Source of the DNA: Mesotaenium endlicherianum
Lineage: Eukaryota
DNA: 41,747 bases
Direction of reading: 5' to 3'
Assembly: GCA_009602735.1 (NCBI GenBank)
Contig: WELA01002777.1
Coordinates: forward strand, 205,943-247,689
In this document: one piece after another, positions 24,472-35,352 of the stretch
Layout: each line of letters opens with the position of its first letter
How positions within the stretch are numbered: position 1 is the first letter of the stretch
Translations under genes and position numbers: made by a program
Notes under the pieces: model-generated
Told to the model about the DNA's origin: nothing
The model's database searches: none
Seen by the model: the letters and a program-made list of their open reading frames with translations, nothing else

Positions 24472-25719
24472 ATTTTCTGCAGGTTGCCGCCGGAGCTGGG
24501 GAACTTGGACCTGCTGGAGGACCTGGACCTGGGCCGCAACGAGCTGGCGGCTGTGCCTGCCCAGCTGGGCAACTTAAAGAGCCTCAAGTACCTGAACCTT
24601 ATGGCAAACTGCCTGGAGGAGTTGCCCGAGGAACTCGGGCAGCTGCGCGCCCTCTATCGGCTGGGCCTGAAAAGCAACAAGCTCAGGTCAGTCTGTGCGC
24701 TTGTGAGTTTCTGTCTATTAGTGCATGTGTGGGGTGTGTCTGCGTGTGGACGGTAGGAGGGTGTGTGTACGGGTCTGTGTGTGTGTTTGTGCGTGGGTCT
24801 GTTCATACATTGAACGTGTGCATGGATGTCGAGTCAACTGAGGGCGGGTTTGTCTCCCATTTTGCGTATATTACAGTCAAATAATTTTTGGGGTTGTTCT
24901 TTGACTCCAAAAAATAAAAGGATACTTGATGTGCTTGTGCAGGGCTCTGCCCGAATCCATCGGGCAGATGAAGGGGCTCGTGGAGCTCTTCATCACAGAC
25001 AACCTGCTGGAAGAGCTGCCCGCCTCCATGGGGCAGCTTGACAACCTCGTGAAGCTCCAGGTGTGTTTGATGTCTCTTCATTCTTCCAGGTTCTAATCAC
25101 TGTGGCATTTTGCGGGGCTTAGTACTGCTGCTCACAACGAGGGCCAACACAAAAGCCCAAGAAAAAAGGGTCCTAATAAAAAAGTAATCTCTGGAAAACC
25201 GGCCCAGCTGCCCAACAACAGAGCCGCTCACTCCAATCTTCTCCTGTCTTTTCTACTTGCCTGCCCGCCTGCCCGTCCGTGTGCGGCTGTGCCCTGCAGG
25301 CCTCCTTCAACAACCTCAAGACGCTGCCCAGAGAAATGGGGCAGCTGCCCCGCCTGGAGCTCCTGCGCGTGGCAGTCAACTCGATTTTTGAGCTGCCCGT
25401 GACGTTCAACCAGCTCAACTCCCTGGCCTGGCTCTCCATCGCCGGCAATCCTGTGTGCCCCGCCCCTCCGCGCCCCCGGGGGGGAATTGCGACGGTCGAG
25501 CACGACCAGCTGGCGGTCGGGGAGAAGCTCGGCGACGGCGCCTCTGGTATGCACGCAGGGGTCTTTCTGACGTACCTGCGCATGCCTGCGTGTGCACATG
25601 CTGTGTGTGCGCATGCGTGTGTGTGTGCGTGCAATTGTGTGTCTTCACTCGTGCAGGGACAGCGCCTCTGGTATATTTGTGCATGGTTTCCTACAATGTG
25701 CCTGCGTGTGTGTGCTTTC

Positions 25720-25752
<33 letters not shown>

Positions 25753-26875
25753 CGCACGCGCGTTTGTGTGCCTACGTGCATCTTTACATGTGCGCCCTCC
25801 TGCGCACGTGTGCGTGTGTCTGTTGCATGTGTGCGTGCATGTGGGTCGTGAATAACTAACCTCAGGGGTAGTGTAAGTATGTACATGCACCTGCATGTGC
25901 GTGCGCCATTGCTCATGCATAGTAGGCCTCCCCTGTGCACGTGGATGCACGCGCATGTCCCCAAAGGGGCATGACTACTTGCACATTAGCCAGCGTGTGC
26001 GGCCGGGCACATGCTCGCCACACACGAGTCGCGCTGTCCTAACTTCTCTCCTCACGTCCGCCAGTACCTTTTTCCCTTATGTCTCATTCCTCTCCCCCTT
26101 TCTCATCTGACCGAGTGCTTTTGCCATTTTCTTTTCAAATCCTCCTCACCTGCAGGCCCTTTTCCCCCCTCCCCACAGCCCCGCACCCCCCCCTTATCTC
26201 ACCTCAAATGTTTGGCTCCCTCCCCCCTCTTTCCTGCAGGCGACGTGTTTGCTGTCACCTGGGGAGGCCGCCAGGTGGCATTCAAACGCTTCAAGGCGGA
26301 GACGAGCCCGGACGGCCACTGCTCCGACGAAATCGACATCACGTGCGCTGTGGAGCACCCCGCGCTGACACGTGTCGTGGGGACCACCAACGAGCCCAGG
26401 GGGATGCTCGTGGAGAAACTGTCCGGACTGTACGCTTCTGCGCTCCTTCTCCTCTTATTTCCTCTTAATCATAAAAACTCAGTCTTCAGTCTTAAGAGGA
26501 ACAGGGCCGAGGGGAGGGAGGGGGGGGAGTGGGGGTGGAGANNNNNNNNNNNNNNNNNNNNNNNNNNNNNNNNNNNNNNNNNNNNNNNNNNNNNNNNNNN
26601 NNNNNNNNGGGGGGGGGAGCGGAACTGTCGGGACTCAGCATGTCATCACTTCTTTTTTCTGTGTACCCTGACGCAGTCCTGCGCTTATTCTTGCCCTTAT
26701 TTGCGAGTACTTGTTTTGTCAGGAGCAGTGCAGGGCTAAAGCAACTGCTCTTATTCTTTTGCTACACTTTTCTTTCGAATCCGCGTGCACGACACGTGTG
26801 CATGTGCGTGTGTGTGTGTGCGTGTGTCTGCACGCATGCATGCGAGCGCGTGCGTGTATTTCTGGCGTGTGTGAA

Positions 26876-26907
<32 letters not shown>

Positions 26908-28322
26908 TGTGTGTGTGTGTACGTCATTAAGGAATTAATTAGTGTCTTCTTTTTGCAGGCCCATGGCAGAAAAGCCCAACTTCGAGTCGCTGCTGCGTTG
27001 CCGTTGGCAGAAAGAGAAAGCGTTCGCGCTCGACTTCGTCCTCCGGGCGGCGGGGTGCATAGCTGGCGCGCTGGCATACCTGCATTCTCTCTACATCTGC
27101 CACGGGGATGTCTACGCCCACAACTGCCTGACCGACAAGTCTGGGCAGACTGTGCTTGTGGACTATGGTATGCGCCGCCACTTGGCAAATTGCTGTGGAT
27201 GTACAGTAAAGCCTACTTCTTCATAGCTCGCGCAGAAGGAAGGACACACCCACACCTGCGCGCACGTCGCCTGTCCACGCGCGCACAAACACACACACAC
27301 ACATACACACACACACATGCACTTATGCTGTTGAATTTGTACATACGGGGACACTTTGTGCATGGGCTATCTGGACACGTGGACACGCACTCACAGGCCT
27401 ACTCGCCGACACTTATGCGCATCGCCAAAGACGTACATACTCGTACATACTCAGTCAGACACACGCTGACTGATACACACACATCTGCGCTAATGTCCCT
27501 AAGCTTAGGTTTAGATTGTGCAGCGGAAACCTGGGCTCATGGAGATGCACACTTGCACTCACCCACACACACACACACACACTTGTCGCGTATGCACCAT
27601 CCCAGGTGCACACTCGCAGACGCACACGCGCGTCCACCCTCGCGCGCTGCGTGTATCTGCACCGTGCAAAGCCCCTCTCCTCTGTCTCAATCGCTCGAGC
27701 ACATTCGTCTCCTATACCCCTTTTCACGCGTGAGTACCATTCCTTTGAGTTTCTTCCTCTGTGTAGGCTCGTCATTCTGGTCACTGGTCTGTTCCTTCGC
27801 CTGAAAAGGGCCAATGGCTTGACTCTTGAGAGTGGTTGCATCGACCAAACTTTTGATCTGCTGTATGTATGCATGTTAATTGTGCATGTATTGACTGATA
27901 TCAATGCATAAATATGTATATCATCTTATATCTATATGTCATGTGTATACGTATTATAGTATGTATTTATGACAATTGATTCGACAATTTCTCTCATTCA
28001 CTTTATATATCTTATAAGTTTCTGTATGCAACCTATTATATACTTGGTATGAGCAGGCGCGTCGTTCTGCTACACCCCAGGGCTGATCCCGTACGAGGCG
28101 CACGAGGTGCGCGCATTCGGCCTCCTCCTGGGCGACCTCGTGGCGCGCCTGGCGCCGCCCGCTTCATCGGATCGCGATCCGACGCGCCTGCAGCGTCGGC
28201 AGGGGGCCGAGGCGGAGCTGAAGAAGCTGGTGGACAAGTGCTGCAACTCGCCGGCCATCCGTCGCCCAAAGTTCTCGAGCCTTTGCTCGACGCTGAAGGT
28301 GATCAAGGAGCAATCGCTGTGA
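20282..28322 (+). CDS. Leucine-rich-repeat protein kinase-like protein with N-terminal hydrophobic anchor, about 552 aa, 8 visible exons
   Basis: Exons 20282-20539, 21063-21229, 24483-24686, 24943-25060, 25300-25546, 26240-26429, 26959-27167 and 28057-28322 total 1659 nt in frame. There are about 9 LxxLxLxxNxL repeats, then kinase motifs LGDGASGDV, VAFK, HGDVYAHN, DYG and EVRAFGLLL. The gap at 21727-21960 could hide another exon. Confidence 0.88.
22425..22990. repeat. Two adjacent degenerate minisatellites inside LRR-kinase intron 2
   Basis: About 4 units of ~40 bp (ggctctttct..g..acgag.gtcc, 22425-22572), then about 4 units of ~95-110 bp (..aaagaggtagc...ggctgtct...ctcttccagcctgagccc, 22575-22990). 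Confidence 0.75.
23098..23153. repeat. 15-bp tandem repeat (cacacctgcaagcat), about 3.7 copies
   Basis: Directly visible in the sequence. Confidence 0.85.
24426..24468. repeat. (TA)n microsatellite just upstream of an LRR exon acceptor
   Basis: Perfect TA run of about 21 units ending about 14 nt before the exon at 24483. Confidence 0.95.
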
Positions 28323-30083
28323 GCTTGCGCTGGGCATGCAAGTCGCGACAGATGCAGAAGTGCAAATGGGGGAGATATGGGAGAGGATGGTGGAGGGTGG
28401 AGGTGGTTAAGGAGGGGGAGGAAGGATGGGGAGAGTGTAGGTGGAGGGATTTAGAGAATGTACGAGGTTTTAGTCAGATATTTTTTAGGAGCAGGTGATG
28501 CTATGGCTCCTTTGTAGTGGGTCCGATATATCTGCTGTTCATCCTCCTCCGCTGGTCTCGTGCTTCGGCATGGAGGTGCTGCATTTCTCGTGGGTTTTAG
28601 CTTGAGTCAATTATTGGTTCGTGCTCTGCGCCATTCATTATCAGTTCCAAGTAGGAAGCAGTGCTGCTGTACTACATCACCATTTTAAATTCCTTATCAA
28701 ATTTCAAACAAGCATTGAGCATCGTGATCACGACGATCTGCGGTTGGAAGTGATGTCGCTGTTGCATCACCTGCACCCTTTCCAGCGTCACTTTCTCTAG
28801 CTGGTCACATCCATTGGCAATATGCTACCCACGAACACAAGTGGAAACTAACTTGCAGAGCTGTGTGATATCGGCTGCACAATGGAAGTGATGGAAATGC
28901 TCGCAGTAGCTTTTACTGCCACTGCTGTACCTTCTGTCTGTAGTAAGCCACCCAGCTGGCTTTGATTATGAAACTTGGGTCACACATAGGCTGGGAGGAG
29001 GGAAGAGGGGCAGCAAGCTCTGGTACTAGCTCTAGATGCCAAGTGGCGTGGTGCTGGGAATCATTTGGTTACCAGGCGGCGTCTCATGACGGCGCTCCTA
29101 GCTTACTGCGTGCAATTCATTCAGAGAAGCAATATGAGCTTATACCCAGGTGTCTGCATGCATATGCGTCACATATTGGGCATAGCTGCATAGTGTGAGA
29201 GACAGCTTGCCGGAACGCTGGCTGTATATAATTATCTCTAGCTTGCTGCATGGCGTGGGCCATGCAAGCGCACGCTGGACATGCATGCTGAGTTTACATG
29301 CATGTGCCATGGAAGTTGAGGTGCATGCACATGTTCTCCTTGGCCGGCTCGCCCAGGTAGCTGCGCTAGTAACTTGGTTTGCATGCGACTGGTTGACATT
29401 ATTCGCGGCGGCGTATACACTAGCTGCAGCAATACAACCAGCAGGAGCGACAATTGACACTGACAGAGACTAAGAGTACGTGATGTATCTAAGCGACCGG
29501 CAGCAAGATTTTTGTGGCAGGGTCTGTAACTCTGATGTATGACAAGCATGCACCATACATGCACAATGACTCTAGAATGGCAGCTCGAAAATTGAGCACA
29601 GTAAAGCGACTCTAGGAAATGCTCTACAGCGCCATTTTGGTGCTGATTGCATCTTTTGGTGCTGTCAGTCGCTTCGGGGTTTTAAACCTTATGCGGAGCT
29701 TATGGGTGGAGGGTTGAATGGAAAAGCAATGATGTATTATTTTGCAGCTGAGTTGAAAAATTGGCTCACAAATATGAGCACCCCGATGGGTCACTTTCTT
29801 TCTTGCCTCCATCACTTTCACAGCTTGCCTACGTGCTCGCCTTTGCCTCATTCAGGTGTGAAATCCCCAAACGGCTCACATGCACACCTTATGAAATGAG
29901 AGTAAGAAATCAGACCACAAAAAGCTTGCTTTCTCCACACTCCAAACACTAAACACCTGCTAGCAACGTCGTTGTCCAGGGTAATATGTGCCATGCAGCT
30001 CAAAGATTAATAATGAGGTATACTGTAAAAAGTCATTCCATATATATTATTCTATAGACTAAAACCAATGTATTACAACAACA

Positions 30084-31163
30084 CTAGTCCGCAATTTCCT
30101 GGTTCCGTAACCATGCCCTCATGTGCTGGGTGCGGAGAGCATTGTGCACATATGCATGCACGTCTAGATGCTTCAAGCGTCGCATCGTGCTCAAGGAGCT
30201 CGTGTCACTATTTAGAGGGTACTCCTCCTGCCCAGCCACTTGAAGTGATCCCCCGTCATGCTCACGCCCCTCATGCTCACCTCTCACAACAGTGACACTT
30301 TCCAGTGACAGGTCCATTGATAACCCCTCCGCGCTAGGCGCCTCTACTGCACACTCCCAAACAGTAGCTGAAGAATGTGGCTCTGTTCCCAAATCCTCCT
30401 CTGTTTCTACAGCGTCCCCTTCAAGCAGCTCTGCGCCGCGAGCATTGTAGATCGAAATTTCATCTTCAAGCACTATGCTATCCGGAAGAATGGCAACCCC
30501 CGATGCCCAACTACCAGGTTCTTGGGTCATAGAGTGGCTGTTGAGATCACATTGTAAATTGGGAGCCTGCAATTCAGATTTATATGTGTATTGCTCACCC
30601 ACATGCGGCTCACCTGTGGATGACTCATTGGTGTAAGGCTCATTTGAACTCTCTACTTGAATGCCCAAATCGTTCGTCTGTGAGTGTGATTGAGCAACAA
30701 GAGGATCTATGCGTGCTAGAAGAAAGTGCTCTATAGACCCAGAATCAACAGTTTGCTTAGCGTCTATGCCCTTCTTCCACGTTACTAGCTCGTCCAGTTG
30801 AGAGCGAAGTGCTTCCACCTCAGTTTGCAGCAATGCCTTGGTGCTCAGCCAAGAACCTTTGCGCTTCTTCCACCTGGCTTCTTCTCGTTGCCACCTTTCC
30901 TCCTCCCTTCGCGATGGTAAGTCGTCAGCTGTCTCACTTCCAGAGAGCTGAGTACACGGTATGTACTTCCTTCTATTTTCTCTGGTTAAGGGAGTACAGA
31001 AACGGCTTCCTAATATGTTCGGCCTATTCGTTCGCTGGTTTACAGGAGCAAAAATTGCTACTCGCGCCATCATCTGATTAATTTCGTCAGTCTGACCTCG
31101 AGAACTTCTGAAGAAGCATATTGCTAAAGTATCAGCCCCACGTATGAAAAGAACGTCTGCCAT
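30084..31163 (-). CDS. Orphan ORF (359 aa) with a predicted coiled coil and acidic low-complexity region; probably a large exon of a spliced gene or TE accessory gene
   Basis: A 1080-nt stop-free frame in non-repetitive sequence, with an EEERWQREEARWKK...EVEALRSQLDEL heptad-like segment. A possible acceptor near 31108 and an in-frame 15-nt exon at 31200-31186 suggest the Met at 31163 is intronic. No family recognised. Confidence 0.45.
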   Translation of the reverse strand: MADVLFIRGADTLAICFFRSSRGQTDEINQMMARVAIFAPVNQRTNRPNILGSRFCTPLTRENRRKYIPCTQLSGSETADDLPSRREEERWQREEARWKKRKGSWLSTKALLQTEVEALRSQLDELVTWKKGIDAKQTVDSGSIEHFLLARIDPLVAQSHSQTNDLGIQVESSNEPYTNESSTGEPHVGEQYTYKSELQAPNLQCDLNSHSMTQEPGSWASGVAILPDSIVLEDEISIYNARGAELLEGDAVETEEDLGTEPHSSATVWECAVEAPSAEGLSMDLSLESVTVVRGEHEGREHDGGSLQVAGQEEYPLNSDTSSLSTMRRLKHLDVHAYVHNALRTQHMRAWLRNQEIAD

Positions 31164-31478
31164 GACAACTTGACTACGTTCTTACGTCAAACCATGGAAC
31201 CTGATCAGGGTGCAAGGAAGAAAAACAAGCTTCTAATCGTCGCATTTGTGTAATGCCATTTAGGGCTTGAAAGTCCAAATGTTTGGACTGAAGCACAGCT
31301 GGAAGTATCAATTGAAGATACAAACTAAGAAGTCATACTTGATTGCTTGGGCTACTGAGTGCTTTCGCAGCTGTCCAATGGAGCATACTCTTACATGCTA
31401 CAATGAAGAGATCACTTACACCATCCATACAGTGCCTTTAATAGAGAACCGACGGATCACTTTTGAATGCTTCTGAAT

Positions 31479-31721
31479 TATGGGATGGTAACTGGCGCTA
31501 ATTTTTCAGATTTTTGAATTCAGGCCCCTAAATTTTGAATCCGTTCAGTAATTTTCCCAGGTTTGATTTCAGGTCGCTATTAAGACATATTTCCAAGATT
31601 TAAGAGCGCTAATTCACTGTAGATATTCTGAGTTTTTGATTTCAGGTCGCTATTTTTAATCTTTGAATTCTGGGCGCTATTTCACCCAAATTTTCGAGGG
31701 GAGTTATCACCCCATCCCATG
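31479..31721. mobile_element. 243-bp MITE (non-autonomous DNA transposon, hAT-like)
   Basis: Perfect 8-bp direct repeat TTCTGAAT at 31471-31478 and 31722-31729. Termini TATGGGATGG...CCATCCCATG are inverted at 9/10. The AT-rich interior has about 6 copies of a (ttga[a/t]ttc)aggc/tcgcta-like motif. Confidence 0.8.
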
Positions 31722-32037
31722 TTCTGAATGCTATTTTGAAGACGGACCAGGTCTCCGAGCCTAGATAGGTCAACCGTCATGGTCGACGGTCAACATGGAA
31801 ACGAAAATTTGTTCAGGCAATGACGCTTTTCACCACTTTTCACCACTTTTCACAATTCGCACCTTTTGAACGCAGGAGTTTTCCATGACTTTTCAAAGAC
31901 GTACCAAGCAGGCATATGATCATACTTTCGGGAGGTGTGCTATGCGTTGCTTCGCGGGCTGGTCATTCACTACCGATAACTCATTCTTCTTGTCAGGATA
32001 AGTTAGCCGACTCCCAGAGACGGATTTTACTCATCTA

Positions 32038-35000
32038 ATGGGGACCGCCAACTATGCTGATGTGGTGGAGACACTTGAAGCCGACGAGGATGTTAAGAAG
32101 CTGCTCAGTAAATGTCTCGTAGAACAGAGGGGAAACATTAAAGCAGTATCCTTGACACTGATGACAGTAAGGACCCAGCCCTCATTAGAAAACCAGAATC
32201 CATTGCCATCAACGTGGTTAGCACTCCTCCCACAAAGTCATGAGAACGCTATATACTGTACTATAATATTCTTAATAGATTAGATATCTGTTTTGTGCAG
32301 ATGTGTCAACAATTCCAAGCAGCTGGACATTCTGGAACCCCAGTCGTGAGCCTCTTGACCAGGTCAGCTTGCCTTGTCCCACACGCAGTTTCTTCCACTT
32401 ACATCAATAGTCCAATATCCGCAGTAAGTTTCTTTTGGCCAGTCGCATGACGTTAGTCATCCTCCAGCTCACCCCCTCAGTCTAAAAGCTGCACCTTATA
32501 AGAAACGACCTTTTGCTGGCCACGTCTTGCTTCAAAGCGTGGTGCTACTTCGGAGTGAGGCAAATAGTGTGTAAGCTGTTTTTCTCTGAGGGTGCCAATG
32601 TGGACTTCACTCCTTTTTTTGCAGGACTCTGGCAGCCATACAGAAGACTTTGCCCGTGGCTGGCAGGTCATCCAACACTGATCTATGGCCAACTAGTGCC
32701 GCCCACACCTCGACTTCCTATGTGTCCCCTGCTCCCTTGGAAACTTCCAGAGCTGCTGCTCTTAAAGTGAGCAATCCTGTGGCAATTATCTCATTTTAGT
32801 GCACTTAGCTGAATATTCTCCTGATGTTCTCAGACATGGAGGGGATCGATATTTGTACGCATTCACACCATTCACACGTAGTGACAGGTGTATGTGTACA
32901 TGTATATGCTGTAAGCTATTTGAATCGAGTATCAAGTGATATGTATGTCGTATGCATGATACATGTATATGTACACCTGTGAATGCAACAACAGATATCC
33001 ATAATGATCACAGTATATGACTGATGGGTTTGAGCCCACTGGTTGCCTGAACCAGACAAGGGAGCAGCAGAAGGGACGCTCGCAAGACCCGGGCAAGCCG
33101 AGTGCATCGCTCGCAGTCAAACTGCCAGCTCAGGGGACCTACGGCAACTGGACAGACGAGCAACGCTCCCAGCTGCTCTCGCAAATCAAAGTCTGCCACG
33201 CCCTCAGGTGAAGTGCCTGGGGTCCCCCCCTCCTTCCCCAACACTGCCTGGCACTGCCAGGAGGCCCCCTAAGCTTTGTCCATCAGGCAACCTCTTGCGT
33301 GGCGTCCAAAGCCCCATGGTAAGCATATGGGGCGTATACACACAAAAGACTGTGCAACATATGCGTGCACTCAATGGGATGGCAGCGGTGGCCTGTGGGG
33401 CGGGCTGCGGGTGCAGGTCTGGGAGTGTGCCGGAGAAGAGCCTCCTGGCCTGTGCCCTGGAACCCATCATTGCGACAGGTGTCGCAGGCAAGCTCTCACA
33501 GCTACACATCCTCCGGCCGCTGTCCCGTCCAGGCAAAAGGCGCGCTTGTCCTTACGAGTCTCGTGCATCACAGGGGTGTGTGCTGACACACGCAGATGGG
33601 AAGCTCTGCTCACGAGTATCTTTTCACGCGCAGTGTCCCCCTCTGGAATGGTGACAGGTAATGAGCCGGCGAGTTTGAACGTGCAGAGCACGCCAGCGCC
33701 TGTGCCAGACCCGGAGCCGGAGCCGGAGCCAGAGCCAGAGCCAGAGCCAGTGCCGGAGCGAGTGCCAGTGGCAGTGGCAGCTGCAGAGGCGGCCTTGCAC
33801 GAGGCGGACCGAGCCGGCAGAAATGCGGAGGATGCTGCTAGCCCGGAGAAGAAGGTGGTGTTGAAAGCGGAGATGCGCAACATGACCGACGAGGAGAAGC
33901 GGGAGTACCACAACGCCAGGAGGAGGGAGCAGAGGAAGCAGAGAAAGCTCCTGGGCCAGGGCAAGAGCGGCCCCCCGGCAGCGGCGGCACCACCACCAGC
34001 ACCAGCAGCAGCGGCGGCGGCGGCGGCTGCAGCGGTGGGGGGAAGAGAGCACGCAGGGGCGGGAAGGGAGAGTGTCGCACCCCCTCCAGCTCCCACCGCC
34101 ACTCCCAACCGCGTTGAGAACGACCCAGCAGGCATACCCCGCGCCGCTCAGACGACGCCTCAGGGGGGCCAGGCAGTCAATGCCCCACCTCCTTCTCTCA
34201 CCACCCCTATCGGGGCTGCTGCTGCTGCTGCTGCTGCCGGTGCTCCTGCTGGCAGTGGCGGGCATCCGCTCGTCTCGTTGTCAGCCGCAGGCCAGAAGAA
34301 GAAGAAGAAGAAGGACAAGGAGGAGGCAGCGCATGGCCGGCGGCGGGCAGCGGCCTCGTCAGAGCGCAAGGCGTGTGTCTCGCGCGCCGAGTTTGCGTCG
34401 CTGGAGGCGAGAGTGGGCAGCTTCGCCGGAGGCCCCCCCTCGCTGCAAGTGGCGGAGGCGGTGGGCTTCGCCAGCCGCCTGGCTGCAGCTTCTGCTGCTG
34501 CTCCTGCTGCTGCTCCTGCTGCTGCTGCCGCTGCCCTCCGGCCTGCCCTGACCCCCCCCAATGCAACAGACAGGAGCTCCGCTGCTGTGAGCTCCAGCAT
34601 AGTCGCCAGCATGCAGCTGTCGAGGCGGGGCAGGAGGGACGAGGGGGAGCGCGAGCGCGAGCGGACTCAGAACGGCGCAGCGTGCCCCTCTCCCCAGCGC
34701 TCGCTGATGGAGGGGTGGGAGCTGGACGCCCGTCGCAAGCGGGAGGCTCTGGAGCACGAGTGGGCGCAGCAGCGGCCCATCCTGGAGGCGGCCATGGCTG
34801 CCAGGTGTCACTCGCTCCGGGTAAGGCCCTTTCCCCTCTCCGCCAGTCTTCCCGGCCGCCAGCCCCCCGGGCGGCGCTCGCGTGGGCATGCATAGCATCG
34901 GTGCCTTCTGGTCTGTGCCCCTACGGTTCGCCCGCCATAGGGCAGCAGCGCACGGTCCCGACAGGTGTCCTGACAGGTGTCGCGCCGTGGAGCCCCGGGG

Positions 35001-35307
35001 GGAGGAGTGCAGGCGCAGATAGCGGAGGCGACGGAGCTGGAGGAGAAGACGCGGTGCATGGTGCAGCTCAAGAAGCTCAAGACGCTGCAGCTCCAGCGCC
35101 GCCTGCGCAGGTGCGCCATCGCTCTCGCCTCCCCTCACCCTCTCGCTGCATGCACCAGCCCCTGCCTGTGGCATGTGCGTTCCTCTCTCTTTATGCCTTT
35201 CCTTTCTCCTCTGCGTCTCCTGCCTGGGCCACAGCGCAGATGGCACGTGATAGCATGGCGATGTGCTCTGAGTGGGATGGCTATGCATGTGGGGGGGGGG
35301 GGGGGGN

Positions 35308-35352
<45 letters not shown>

